Below, in pieces: positions 9,640 through 19,846 of a stretch of DNA of 64,000 nucleotides. A program made the translations under genes and the position numbers. The notes under the pieces were generated by a model that saw only the letters and a list, made by a program, of their open reading frames with translations, did not search any database and had not been told where the DNA came from. The number at the start of each line of letters is the position of its first letter. Position 1 is the first letter of the stretch. This DNA comes from Cenarchaeum sp. (GTDB taxonomy: Archaea; Thermoproteota; Nitrososphaeria; Nitrososphaerales; Nitrosopumilaceae). The stretch is taken from positions 352,001 through 416,000 of the forward strand of contig CBDESU010000002.1 of the NCBI GenBank assembly GCA_965242695.1, read 5' to 3'.

Positions 9640-10785
9640 CTACCCCCCCCCCCCCTCGATTATCCCGAGCATCGCCTCTTGGAAGGCCTCCTCCGAGAAC
9701 CCCTGGACGTGCTCGCGCAGCGCCGGCAAGAGATGGTCGTACCGCCCGTCGAGCGCCTCCCTCACGATCCCTGCCGCCTCCTCCTCGGTCCCGTACCGCA
9801 GCTCGGCAAACGGCACCGTCTCGGGGTGCGCCGAGTTGTCTGGCACGACGGGCACACACCCCGCCGCGATTGCCTCTGCCACCGCGATCCCGAACGTCTC
9901 CTTTGACGCGTGCAGGTACACGCGGGCGCGGCCGAGCGCCTCGTCGACGGCCCCGGGCCCCTCGTTGAGGCGGAGGCGGGCGCCGATGCCGGCCGCCGTA
10001 CCGGCGACCATGCGGTGGTACTCTAGCTGGTACGAGTGGGCCGCGCCGCCGACGACCTCCCACCGCCCCGCTCCGGCCCTGGACATTATCCGGGCCGCGC
10101 CGACCAGGTTCTTTTCTGGGGCGTAGCGGGCGACCGTGGCCACAACGTCCTCCTTGGCGCGATGCCGCAGCGCCGAGTACCGCCGCAGGTCGACCGGGGG
10201 GTGCACCACCGGGCCGGGCTCCCTGCCGACCGCCCGCCCGACCACCTCCCTGGTGTCGGCAGAGTTTGGCACGAGCAGCACCCTCTCGCCGCGCGCTAGC
10301 CGCAGCACCCTCCTGTCGGCCCTCCTGGCCAGGTAGTACCGCAGGCGGGCCCTCGGCGACCGGCTCTTTCGGAGGTGGTCGATCCTTCCCTCCTCGCGCA
10401 GGGCCGCGTTGCAGTAGAGTATGACGCGCGGCGCGTCCGTCCTCTCGAGTGCGAATCCGCCGTCGGTCACGACGAGCGCGTCGGTCCCGGGGCCGGCATC
10501 GAAGAGGCCGCCGCGGCCTGGCGATGCGGTCCCGCCCTGCCCTGAGGCCAGGTCCAGCCGCACCCTGCGCAGCGTAATGTGGGAGGCGCGGCAGGCGGCA
10601 TCGCACGGGGACCACGGGAGGGCGGGGAACCGCTCGCCGCCGGCGAACCGCACCCCGTGCGGGGGATCGACGCACCGCAGCGCGACGTCGTGGCCCGTGC
10701 GGTCAAGCGCCTTGAGGAGCGACAGGCAGACGCGCTCGCCGCCGCCCGTGACGCCCAGGCTGCGGTGGACGACGGCGATCCTCAC
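9640..10785 (-). CDS. Glycosyltransferase family 4 (GT-B)
   Basis: GGGERV N-terminal motif, VARYAPEKN, ETFGIAVAEAIAAG (EX7E). Confidence 0.92.
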   Translation of the reverse strand: MRIAVVHRSLGVTGGGERVCLSLLKALDRTGHDVALRCVDPPHGVRFAGGERFPALPWSPCDAACRASHITLRRVRLDLASGQGGTASPGRGGLFDAGPGTDALVVTDGGFALERTDAPRVILYCNAALREEGRIDHLRKSRSPRARLRYYLARRADRRVLRLARGERVLLVPNSADTREVVGRAVGREPGPVVHPPVDLRRYSALRHRAKEDVVATVARYAPEKNLVGAARIMSRAGAGRWEVVGGAAHSYQLEYHRMVAGTAAGIGARLRLNEGPGAVDEALGRARVYLHASKETFGIAVAEAIAAGCVPVVPDNSAHPETVPFAELRYGTEEEAAGIVREALDGRYDHLLPALREHVQGFSEEAFQEAMLGIIEGGGG

Positions 10786-10807
10786 GGCGCCCCCCTCGGG
10801 AGGAGGG

Positions 10808-10814
10808 TTTATAA
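10808..10814. promoter_or_regulatory. Bidirectional archaeal TATA box (TTTATAA) shared by divergent genes
   Basis: Reads TTTATAA 29 bp before ATG10837 (+) and TTATAAA 29 bp before GTG10785 (-). Confidence 0.65.
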
Positions 10815-10836
10815 GGCCGCCCAGTCACGTCCCTGC

Positions 10837-10980
10837 ATGCCAAACATCGACATGGCAAGGTGCCCGCACTGCGGCAAGGCTGCAAGCGGGCACGACGAGG
10901 TCGCAAAGGAATTCGGCCTGCGAAACAGCAGGGGATACATCTGCGTCCAGTCATGGTGCAGGGCGTGCAGGTTCAGGTAG
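10837..10980 (+). CDS. Small zinc-finger protein (47 aa)
   Basis: MPNIDMARCPHCGKAASGHDEVAKEFGLRNSRGYICVQSWCRACRFR; two CxxC pairs; TATA box 29 bp upstream. Confidence 0.7.
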   Translation: MPNIDMARCPHCGKAASGHDEVAKEFGLRNSRGYICVQSWCRACRFR

Positions 10981-11267
10981 AACTGCGGCCCAATATCCCT
11001 ATTTTTTGCCGTTCGCCCTGAAGGGCGGCGCGGCGGCATCGACACTGCGGCCCCGCCTTGCCGGCCTGCTTGACGACCGTGCAGAGCGGCACCCGCGTCG
11101 ATCCCGCGGGGCATGCGGTTGGTAGTTGTGAAAAGTGTCTGCCGCGCCGTGCCAGCGCCCACTGAGTCGGCATTCGTCCCGTAATCTCGGAGGCCGCCAG
11201 CGCCAGCCCCGACTCGTGTTCCCGCGCGGGATGTCCTCTAGGCCCGCAGGCATCTCAAAGGCCCCCT

Positions 11268-11486
11268 ACCTTTGAAAACATCGGTGCATTCGACGACAAG
11301 TACGGAATAGGCAAAATTATGAAGATCATTTGTGGCCGATGTGCGCGGCGGGCATCGGTTGCCGCATGCGTCTGGGCGTTGTACAGGTGCAGGCGGTGCA
11401 AGAGCAGCGAGGATGCCGGCCGAAACGTAGACATACGGCCATGGACGATCTCCTTCCGGCGGCAGGCCAGCAGCCATCCGCGCTAG
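11268..11486 (+). pseudogene. Possible relic of IS200/IS605 TnpB C-terminus (zinc ribbon)
   Basis: Own translation: TFENIG...MKIICGRCA...YRCRRCKSSEDAGRNVDI, resembling TnpB CxxC...CxxC...D-x-D-x-NAAxNI; highly degenerate. Confidence 0.3.
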
Positions 11487-11556
11487 ACGCCGTGGAACGT
11501 GTCAACGGATGTTAGAAGTCCTTAAGGTCATATAGCGTCCAGTGCGGGCCGGCGGC

Positions 11557-12009
11557 ATGACCTGGCCGGATCTGCTGTTACCCATAGCCGTAAGTGTATC
11601 AACGATCCTTGCCAGCTTCTTTTCCGCCCAAGCTCTCCGGCATGCACGCCGCGAGTCGGCAAGGCTGGCCGACGTAGCATCGGCCAACCTTATTGTAACC
11701 CTGCGCAAACCTTGGTCAAAAAAACATTTCAAAGCTTTTTTGCATAATGCGGGAGAAGGCAGTTCGTTTGAAGGAAGGGAGGCGGAGATCGAAGGCTTTC
11801 TTAACCGCATGGAAATAATAGCCATATTCCTAGAACAAAAAACCCTAAAGGAAGTTCATGTTAAAGAGATCTTTGGATCACACTTTAAGCTAATTAAGGA
11901 CAACAAAGCCATAGAGTCATACTACAATAGACAAAGAGAAGAAAAGAAAAACTACAGGTTCACAAACATTGAAAAAGCATTAGTAAAGATGGAGGGATGG
12001 GGCGTCTAG
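11557..12009 (+). CDS. Membrane-anchored hypothetical protein (DUF4760-like)
   Basis: AT-rich ORF, N-terminal TM (LLLPIAVSVSTILASFF), FLNRMEIIA...FG...F.NIE pattern. Confidence 0.65.
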   Translation: MTWPDLLLPIAVSVSTILASFFSAQALRHARRESARLADVASANLIVTLRKPWSKKHFKAFLHNAGEGSSFEGREAEIEGFLNRMEIIAIFLEQKTLKEVHVKEIFGSHFKLIKDNKAIESYYNRQREEKKNYRFTNIEKALVKMEGWGV

Positions 12010-12405
12010 AGATCGCCGCCCCCGGTAGTCCCCTCAACGGCCGCCTTACGGACTTCCGGGTCGTAACCGCACCAAGAGCACGGCCAACGGGGCGTGTCCT
12101 TTCCGCAATTCGGACATCTCACGAGAGGAGGCACCTAGCAAGCCTATATCAACCTAGGCTGCCGCTTTTGCGAGGTCAAAAGTCCGAAGGATGGAGCACC
12201 GCGACGGCAAGGCGCTGTTGCGATCTGACGCGGGGCGGTCTGGCCGACCATTGGGCCGTTGCATCGGCCGCGAAGGGGTACACAAGATGCCGCCGCCTCT
12301 CCCCGCTGCACACGGCCGTTGCGCCCGGTGACCGGTCACCGAGCGGCACGGAAACACCCAAGGACGGCAGCCAAACCCTATAACCACCAGGGGGCGCGCA
12401 GGGGC

Positions 12406-13560
12406 GTGAGGATATCCGTAGTCCACCACAGCTTCCATGTCGCCGGCGGCGGCGAGAGGGTCACGCTATCCCTGCTGGGGGCGCTGGACCGGACGGGCCA
12501 CGACACGGAGCTGCGGTGCGTCCGGCCGCCGGCCGGCGTGCTGTTCAGCGGGCAACCCGAGCGGGAGCCAAGGGAGCGGGACGTGGTTGCACATCCGCAA
12601 TCCAAGTTCAGGAAGGTGCGGCTGACGCGGGTGCCCGAGGGAGGGATCGGCGGCGGCGCACCCGACTTTGGCGCCGAGGTGCGGGCGCTGTTCGGGGACA
12701 CGGGGAGCGACCTGCTCATCGTGACGGACGGCGGATTCGTCTGGGGCAGGACGGATGCGCCGCGCATACTGGTGTACGGCAACTCCGATCTGAGGGCAGA
12801 GTCGGAGGTGCTGCGCCGCCGCTGCCCCCGCTCGCTGCTGCGCTCGCCGCTGCGCGCCCTCAGGCTGCGCCTGGAGCAGGCGGCGTTTCGGAAGACGATG
12901 GCGGCGTTTCGCGACGGCCTGGCGGTGGCCATCCCAAACACGGAGAGCACCGCTCGGTCGTATGCCAGCCTGTTCGGGAGTGCCAGCATGGAGAGGGTAG
13001 TCTACCCGCCGGTCGACCTGGAGCGGTTCAAGGCCCTGCGCAGTGTCCCGAAGGAGGGCAGGGTGGCCACTACGGGCAGGTTCGCACCCGAGAAGAACTA
13101 CGAGTTTGCAGCCAGGGTGATGCGCAGGGTCGGGGCAAGGTGGGACGCCGTCGGCAACGCAAGGGGCCCGCTGCAGGAGGAGCACCTGGCGGCGCTACGG
13201 GCGGGGGCGGGGCCGGACATGCACCTTCACGTCAACGCAGGCGAGGGCGAGCTGGACCGGGCGCTAGGCGGGGCGAGGGCCTACCTGCATGCGCGGCCCG
13301 AGTCGTTCGGCATCGCCGTGGTGGAGGCGGCGGCGGCCGGCTGCGTGCCCGTCGTGCCCGACAACACGGCGCATCCCGAGACCGTACCGTTCAGGGAGCT
13401 GCGGTACTCGACGGAGGACGAGGCGGTCGCCAAGGTAGGGGATGCCCTCGGGGGCGGCTACGACCGCCTCCTGCCAGGCCTCGCAAGGCACACCGAGAGG
13501 TTCTCCGTGCAGGCGTTTCAGGCGGCCATGCTCGACATCATCGAGCGGCAGGGACCCTGA
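12406..13560 (+). CDS. Glycosyltransferase family 4, paralogue of 9640-10785
   Basis: VRISVVHHSFHVAGGGERV, GRFAPEKN, ESFGIAVVEAAAAG; GTG12406 with CTATAA upstream. Confidence 0.92.
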   Translation: MRISVVHHSFHVAGGGERVTLSLLGALDRTGHDTELRCVRPPAGVLFSGQPEREPRERDVVAHPQSKFRKVRLTRVPEGGIGGGAPDFGAEVRALFGDTGSDLLIVTDGGFVWGRTDAPRILVYGNSDLRAESEVLRRRCPRSLLRSPLRALRLRLEQAAFRKTMAAFRDGLAVAIPNTESTARSYASLFGSASMERVVYPPVDLERFKALRSVPKEGRVATTGRFAPEKNYEFAARVMRRVGARWDAVGNARGPLQEEHLAALRAGAGPDMHLHVNAGEGELDRALGGARAYLHARPESFGIAVVEAAAAGCVPVVPDNTAHPETVPFRELRYSTEDEAVAKVGDALGGGYDRLLPGLARHTERFSVQAFQAAMLDIIERQGP

Positions 13561-13784
13561 CGAGGCGACGCAGCTGGCAGGGGAAGCCGCCGTTGCATGT
13601 AGCGCGTGCGCACAGGCCCGCAGGGGCGCCCGCGACAGGTGCGCGGCCCGGCAACACGGTGCCGATTGATCTTGCATCAGGTGCCGCTGCACCGGGGCGC
13701 CCGGCGGAGATGTCCTAGTATCCAAGATCTTGAGCATCCGCCGATTTCTCATTTATATACACTCGGCGGCGGGCGGAAAGCGCA

Positions 13785-14459
13785 ATGGGAATCGTAGGCA
13801 GGGCCTGCGCGTACGTCGGGCGGCTCCGCGATCGGTCCCCTACAGGAGAGGGGCCCCGCGACAGGTCCCTCACCAAGGAATACTGGGAAGAGAAAGCGGG
13901 CGGAAGCGTGGAGGCCGCGGTCGACGCAATCTGCGACGGGTTCGACATGAAGCAGTTCGAGTCGCTCGGGGGAGTCCACTTTGACCCATCGGAGCTTGGG
14001 CCCGATATGGCCGTTCTGGACCTTGCCTGCGGAATGGGCCGCACATGCAAACAGGTCGCAGGGTTGGTCGGCGAGTACCACGGCGTAGACTTTGTCCCCG
14101 ACATGATAGCCAAGGCTCGCAGGTACAACGAAGGGGTCCGCAACGCAACGTTCCATGTCAACGACGGCACGACGCTCAAGGAGTTTGCAGACGGCACGTT
14201 CGATATAGTCTACTCGGAGCTGGCGTTCCAGCACATGCCCAGGGCCACTCAGAGGTCGTACGCGTCCGAGGCGGCCAGGGTGCTAAAGGACGGTGGAAAG
14301 TTCTTCGCGCAGCTTCCCAAGGAGGACTTTTACCCGGGCGCCGAGTATGCGCTGGCCGAGGACGAGGCGCGATCGCTCCTGTCCGCCTTTCGCGAGGTCG
14401 AACTCGAGGGGCACCAAGCCTACTGGCTGGCCAGGGCCGTGGCCGGCCGGAAGCGCTAG
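13785..14459 (+). CDS. Class I SAM-dependent methyltransferase
   Basis: VLDLACGMGR, GVDF, FDIVYS, RVLKDGG; TTTATATA upstream. Confidence 0.9.
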   Translation: MGIVGRACAYVGRLRDRSPTGEGPRDRSLTKEYWEEKAGGSVEAAVDAICDGFDMKQFESLGGVHFDPSELGPDMAVLDLACGMGRTCKQVAGLVGEYHGVDFVPDMIAKARRYNEGVRNATFHVNDGTTLKEFADGTFDIVYSELAFQHMPRATQRSYASEAARVLKDGGKFFAQLPKEDFYPGAEYALAEDEARSLLSAFREVELEGHQAYWLARAVAGRKR

Positions 14460-14480
14460 GGGAGGAGGGCGTGGGCAGGC

Positions 14481-15419
14481 ATGGCTCGGATACTGCTGAT
14501 CGGCGGCATGGGGTACATCGGCTCGACCCTTGTCGAGACGCTCCTCGGATCGCCGGCGGGGAACCACGCGGTCACGATCCTCGACCCCCTCCTGCACGAC
14601 ATAGACCCGGGGTACCTGCACCGAATGGTCTCGTCCGACCGCGTCCGGTTCGTGAGGGGCGACGTCTCGGACATGCGGCACACGTGGGGCATGGTGAAGC
14701 GGCACGACGCTACGGTGTACATGGCGGCCCTGACGCTGCCAAACACCGCCAAGGATCCCGAAGAGGCCATGCTGGTCAACCAGTACATGGCCGAGGTCGC
14801 CGGCGACTGCTGCGCCAAGTTTGGCCGGCGCATGATATTCATGAGCACGTGCAGCAACTACGGCAAGGCCGAAAAGCCGGTCGACGAGGACGGCGAGCTC
14901 TTCCCGGTCTCGATGTACGCCCTGACGAAGGTCAATGCCGAAAGGTACCTGCTGAGGACGGTGCCCGAGGCGGCCGTCCTGAGGTGCGCCACCGCGTACG
15001 GCGTCGGCGCCGGCCGAACCAGGTGGGACGTGCTGCTCAACGACCTGACCGGCGCCGCCCTTGCGACCGGAGAGATCGACGTGTTCCAGCCCGATGCCTG
15101 CAGGCCCGTCTGCCACGTAGAGGACATATCGCGGGCGATCGCCGGCGTGGTAGACGAGCCGTCCGCCAGGGGAGTGTACAACGTGGGATCCGACGCGCAA
15201 AACTACACCAAGGGAGAGCTTGCGGGGTTTGTCGCCGAGGCGACCGGCGCCTCCGTCAGGATCACGCACAGCGAGGACAACCGGGACTACCGCGTCAGCT
15301 TTGCAAGGATCAGGGACGCGATCGGGTTCGAGGCCAAGCACACGCCCCGCACCGAGATTCCGCGCCTGGCGGCCGAGTGGAAGAGGGCGCACGGCGACGG
15401 GGGGCAGAGGGCGCCATGA
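14481..15419 (+). CDS. NAD-dependent nucleotide-sugar epimerase/dehydratase (extended SDR)
   Basis: GGMGYIG Rossmann motif, STCSNYG, YALTK (YxxxK). Confidence 0.92.
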   Translation: MARILLIGGMGYIGSTLVETLLGSPAGNHAVTILDPLLHDIDPGYLHRMVSSDRVRFVRGDVSDMRHTWGMVKRHDATVYMAALTLPNTAKDPEEAMLVNQYMAEVAGDCCAKFGRRMIFMSTCSNYGKAEKPVDEDGELFPVSMYALTKVNAERYLLRTVPEAAVLRCATAYGVGAGRTRWDVLLNDLTGAALATGEIDVFQPDACRPVCHVEDISRAIAGVVDEPSARGVYNVGSDAQNYTKGELAGFVAEATGASVRITHSEDNRDYRVSFARIRDAIGFEAKHTPRTEIPRLAAEWKRAHGDGGQRAP

Positions 15420-16468
15420 CCGGCATGCCGCAGTTTGTCCCGTACTGGGGCAGGGAAGAGGCCGATGCGGTCTCAAGGGTGCTCGGCTCGGGCTACCTCA
15501 ACGAGCACGAGACGGTTCGCGAGTTCGAGCGCGAGTTTGCCGCGTTCGTCGGAGCCAGGCGCTGCGTCGCCGTGACGAGCGGGACGGCCGCCCTGTACTG
15601 CGCAGTGTGCGCCGCACTTGCCGGCAAGGGCGGGAGGGGCGGCATCCTCGTGCCGGCGCACGACGGCATATTCGCGTTCAACGCGGCCAAGGCGGCCGGC
15701 GAGCGGCCTGTGGTGTGCGACGTCGACGGGCGCGGCCTGCTCTCCGAGCCGGAAGCCGGAGGCGGCGCGGGGGAGGAGAGGCAGTCGATTGTAGTCCACG
15801 CCAACGGGCGCATATCGGATGCGGTGCGCCTCGTCGAGGACTGCGCGCAGGCCATCGACCACCACACCCCGGGCAAGATCAGCACGTACAGCTTTGCGTC
15901 GACAAAGCACCTGACGACGGGCGGGCAGGGCGGCGCCGTGTGCTGCGATGACGACGAGACGTTCGACCTCTTGGCGCGCCTCAAGGACCACGGCCGCAGC
16001 GACCGCCAGCACCTCAGGCCAATGTCGGACAACTACGACAGGTGGGGCATGAACTTCAAGATGACCGAGATGCAGGCGGCGTTCGGGCTTGCGCAGCTGC
16101 GAACGCTGCGGAGCCGGACGCGCCGCTTCGGCGAGATGTGCCGCATGTACAGGGACCTGCTCGGCGGCCTGGTCGGGTTCGACGGCGCAGAGCCGCGCTG
16201 GTACGCCGACGTGTTTACGCCGCATGCCCTGCATGTCAGGGAGTCGCTGCGCGCGGAGGGCATCCACTGCAGGCCCTACCCGAGGCCGCTGCACCTGCAG
16301 GGGGTGGCCAGGGGCTGCGCCTATTCTGAGCACGCGGGGGCGTTTGCCAATGCGGAAGAGAGGCATGCCGAGGGGCTGTACCTGCCGTCGACGACAAACC
16401 TGTCCGACGAGGACGTGCATCGGGTCGCAGCCGGGGTCAAGAGGGCCGTGGAGTCGGCCTCCGCATGA
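15416..16468 (+). CDS. DegT/DnrJ/EryC1/StrS PLP-dependent sugar aminotransferase
   Basis: EFEREFAAFVG, VTSGTAAL, EDCAQA, STKHLTTGGQGG (PLP lysine), GMNFKMTEMQAA. ATGA overlap with the epimerase stop. Confidence 0.92.
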   Translation: MTGMPQFVPYWGREEADAVSRVLGSGYLNEHETVREFEREFAAFVGARRCVAVTSGTAALYCAVCAALAGKGGRGGILVPAHDGIFAFNAAKAAGERPVVCDVDGRGLLSEPEAGGGAGEERQSIVVHANGRISDAVRLVEDCAQAIDHHTPGKISTYSFASTKHLTTGGQGGAVCCDDDETFDLLARLKDHGRSDRQHLRPMSDNYDRWGMNFKMTEMQAAFGLAQLRTLRSRTRRFGEMCRMYRDLLGGLVGFDGAEPRWYADVFTPHALHVRESLRAEGIHCRPYPRPLHLQGVARGCAYSEHAGAFANAEERHAEGLYLPSTTNLSDEDVHRVAAGVKRAVESASA

Positions 16469-16502
16469 CGCCGGTACAATCGGCGCGCGCGGCAATGCCG
16501 GA

Positions 16503-17000
16503 TCAGATCGCCATCTCTTCGTCGGTCATCATGCGCAGGAACCGCGCCGGGCTGCCGACCCACACCTGCCTAGCCGGTATTCGCGGCTCGAGGACGAGGG
16601 AGCCTGCGCCGATCGAGACGTGGTCCTCAAGCTCGGTGCATACGAGCATCGATCCCTGCCCTATGCGGCAGTCGTCGCCTATGCGGCAGGGCCTCTTTGC
16701 TATGTTCGACGTCCTGGCAGTCATGTGCTTTTCGTCGGCCGTCATCACGCCGGCCCCGAATATGCAGCCCCTGCCGACGACGGTGTCGCTGTTGAGCACG
16801 CAGTAGGGATTGAGCAGCGTGCCGTCGCCCACGGAGGCGCCCGAGTTTATCTCGCAAAAGTTGCCGACGACGGCATTCTCGCCGATTTCGACGCCGGGGC
16901 CGATGTAGCACCAGCCGCATATGCGGGCCGTCTCGGCGATCCTTGCCGACGGATGTATGTCGTTGTAGCGGCCGACCTCTTTCATGGCCGCTGCCCCCAT
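16503..17000 (-). CDS. Hexapeptide-repeat (left-handed beta-helix) sugar N-acetyltransferase
   Basis: IHPSARIAETARI, IGENAVVG, IGDDCRIG, IGAGSLV, WVGSPARFLR. Confidence 0.88.
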   Translation of the reverse strand: MGAAAMKEVGRYNDIHPSARIAETARICGWCYIGPGVEIGENAVVGNFCEINSGASVGDGTLLNPYCVLNSDTVVGRGCIFGAGVMTADEKHMTARTSNIAKRPCRIGDDCRIGQGSMLVCTELEDHVSIGAGSLVLEPRIPARQVWVGSPARFLRMMTDEEMAI

Positions 17001-17721
17001 CCTTTCACGCGGCGCGGGGGGAAGGCGCCCTTTTACATGTTTGCGAGCAGGCGCGGGCCCCGTCCGGCGCACTCTTGGCAACATGTCGTCCCGACATGCT
17101 CCCTGCCTCCTCAGCGCCCGCATTCGGGTGCGATCGTGCCGTGCCGGTGCAGCAGTGCCGCACCTGCGGCAGGCAGAGCCGTCAGACGCGGATGCGGGAG
17201 GATGGCGCCGGGGGGCCCTGCGCGGTGCGGGCGACGCATGCGCACGCCATACCCCGCTGCAAGCCATGCACTGTAGCGGCGGCTCTAGGCGGTTTCAGTT
17301 AGTCTGTGCGAGCTCTGGTGGGGTTTGATCGTCAAGGGGCACGCGCGGCCCTCACGTGCCCCCACAAACGCTGTCGCCCGTGTCCTAAAGAAAACGCAGT
17401 ATGAACACAGCAAAGTCCGTCGCCACAGTACGCGCGCCGGGCACGTGGAACGAAAGGTGCGGTGGACGGGAATGGCATGCGGAGGCAGGCTGCAACCTGC
17501 CCATATTGGGCAATACGCAGTTACTGGAATTCCATGGGGAAGGTAGCAGTGCGGCAAGATAGCCCGAGGCGACGCCGCGGTGCCGCCCGTTCACAGGACG
17601 CCGGCGCGTTGGGCATTGCCCTGCCAAAGCTTGCGAGGCGCCGGCGCCGCCGGCGTGGCGGCGCGCAGGGTCGGCGAAGGCCGGCAGGCGCCGCGGTGCG
17701 GCAACACCCCGAAGATCCCGG

Positions 17722-18702
17722 TCAAAAGCCCGTCCCCGTTCGGCTCCATTCCTTCAGCGCCTTGACCTGGCTTCCGCCGTATTTCAGGTTGTACTCGTCC
17801 CACGTGACGCCCGTCATGGATCGGACAAGCGCCGACTCGGGGTTCCTGACGGCATACCAGTATCCCCTCCACATGCCGTAGTACTGCGTCGTCCACATCT
17901 CGGGCAGCATCCCCAGCGCGGCCCTCAGCCAGAACGCCCTCCTAAAGGCGGCCTCGCCGAGCGCCTTCCTGATGCGCCTGAGCGGGCGGCTCTGGGCGTA
18001 CAGCGGCTCGCAGTTGGCGGCATAGTGCGCGCCGCGGCAAAACTGGCGCCACGGCAGGTCGTTGTTCTCGTAGTCCATGCACTTTGCGCCGACGGTGTGG
18101 CTGAAGACGCACTTGTAGCCACTCCTGAGAAACTGGAAGTATATGAGGGAGTCGAACCCGTTTGCAACGGCCTTGTACTCGTCGTAGTCTACAGCCTTGT
18201 AGAGGAACGGGAGGTATATCCAGTACGTCCCGGACGTGCCCTTTAGCGTCGCCTCCCTGCGCGTCTGCCGCTGAAAGTAGACGCGGCGTATGTAGTCCTG
18301 GATCGTCCGGACCTTGTGCCACAGGCTAAAGCTCATCATGGCCAGGTCGCCCTTGCCGACCAGGTCCCGGCCTACCAGCACGTCCTGCTGTATGATCGTG
18401 TCTATGTTGCATGCAAAGACTGCGTCGTGGCTGGCCGCCTTGAAGCAGTCCCACAGCACATGCGCTGTGTGCAGCCGCCAGGAGGGGTCGCGCACGACGG
18501 GAACCAGCGTATAGCTTCCGTAGCCGAGCTCCCTGAAGGCCTTTTCGACAAACCGATCAAAGTCTTTACCCCTGTCGTCGTCGATGCCGACGACGATCTC
18601 GTCGGGGTCTAGCGCCACCAGCGACGGGATTGACTTTAGCGCGTACTTGCGTTCCTTGGGCGTGTCCCTGAACAGCACGACTGCGGTGAATTTGCGAGCC
18701 AT
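17722..18702 (-). CDS. GT-A/GT2-like glycosyltransferase
   Basis: SIPSLVALDPDEIVVGIDD, ASHDAVFACNID; TTTATATA ~30 bp upstream of ATG18702. Confidence 0.65.
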   Translation of the reverse strand: MARKFTAVVLFRDTPKERKYALKSIPSLVALDPDEIVVGIDDDRGKDFDRFVEKAFRELGYGSYTLVPVVRDPSWRLHTAHVLWDCFKAASHDAVFACNIDTIIQQDVLVGRDLVGKGDLAMMSFSLWHKVRTIQDYIRRVYFQRQTRREATLKGTSGTYWIYLPFLYKAVDYDEYKAVANGFDSLIYFQFLRSGYKCVFSHTVGAKCMDYENNDLPWRQFCRGAHYAANCEPLYAQSRPLRRIRKALGEAAFRRAFWLRAALGMLPEMWTTQYYGMWRGYWYAVRNPESALVRSMTGVTWDEYNLKYGGSQVKALKEWSRTGTGF

Positions 18703-18877
18703 GCACCGCAGGGGGCCAGGCACGGTATATAAAATACAGGGGAGGGCGCGATTCGGTTAGCTGGATGCAGACACTAGGCGAATGCAGGCCCCGCGCGGCA
18801 GATTCCGGGAGCGTTCGGCGATCGATGCTCCCTGCAGGGCGGCCTAGCCGCAGAAAAGATGCGGAGGCCGAAGGGTC

Positions 18878-19771
18878 ATGAGGGGAGAGGGGGCCGAAGG
18901 GCCGCACGGCGCGAGCCGCGGCCTGAGGCGGCGGCTTTCCAACCCGACCACGCGCAGGGCAATGGCCGCTTGGAGGGGGGCGTCGGCCTGGGCGGTGGCC
19001 AACGCATGGCGGCGGCCGGCCGCGGCCATCGCATACCGCAGAAGGTTCGTCACGGGATACACCGCAGACTACTATACGGCCAGGCGCGAGATGCCCGAGA
19101 CCGCATCCTGGTACAGGGGCATCTTCGGGCCGGCGAACATGGGCGCGGCCCTGTGCTACGCTTTGGGCGCGACATCGTACGGCAGGGTGCAAAAGATACT
19201 GGACATTGACGACAACGAGTGCAGGGCCATGCCCGACAACACGTCCGCAAAGGAGCAGGCCGAGGCGATACGCACGTCGGCTACGCGGAGTCCAATGCTT
19301 GCGTTCGACATAGGGTGCGGCCGCGGCGAGATCGCCGCCACCCTGACGCACCTCGGAATCCGCGCCGTGGCGGTGGATCCGTCGGCGGCGGCAGGGGGGC
19401 TGGTCGAGCAGACGGCGGGCAGGTTCTACGGGATACCTCCAGGCGGGGTCGAGTTTGTACAGGCCACGGGACTGGCCGCGCTGCGCGGGAGCCAAGAGGT
19501 GCCGGACACTGTAATATTCTGCGAGAGCGTGGAGCACATACCAATGGGCGAGCTGCACGAGACGTTCGAGTGGATGAGGGACAGGGACAGCACCGCGGAC
19601 TGGGGGATCCGCGCGGTGATCACAAACTGGCCCGACTTCCATCCCATACGCGCAGAGCCTGGCGACTGGGATCACGTGCACGACGTCGACGACGAGCTGT
19701 ACGACCGCCTAGCATCGACGGCGAGGAGGACCGTAGTCAGGCACGGATCCCACCTCGTCCTGGACTTTTAG
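18878..19771 (+). CDS. Class I SAM-dependent methyltransferase
   Basis: FDIGCGRGE, AVDPS, FCESVEHIP. Start uncertain. Confidence 0.82.
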   Translation: MRGEGAEGPHGASRGLRRRLSNPTTRRAMAAWRGASAWAVANAWRRPAAAIAYRRRFVTGYTADYYTARREMPETASWYRGIFGPANMGAALCYALGATSYGRVQKILDIDDNECRAMPDNTSAKEQAEAIRTSATRSPMLAFDIGCGRGEIAATLTHLGIRAVAVDPSAAAGGLVEQTAGRFYGIPPGGVEFVQATGLAALRGSQEVPDTVIFCESVEHIPMGELHETFEWMRDRDSTADWGIRAVITNWPDFHPIRAEPGDWDHVHDVDDELYDRLASTARRTVVRHGSHLVLDF

Positions 19772-19846
19772 TAGCTTCAAGACTCCCGCACGGTGTACAT
19801 CTGGCGCCGGCCTGCCGGCAAGGGCGCAAATTGCCTGCAGTGGGCT

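Noticed and set aside
14045-15415. N-terminal 457 aa of the 807-aa ORF
   Set aside because: Overlaps real genes in another frame; the aminotransferase starts at ATG15416.
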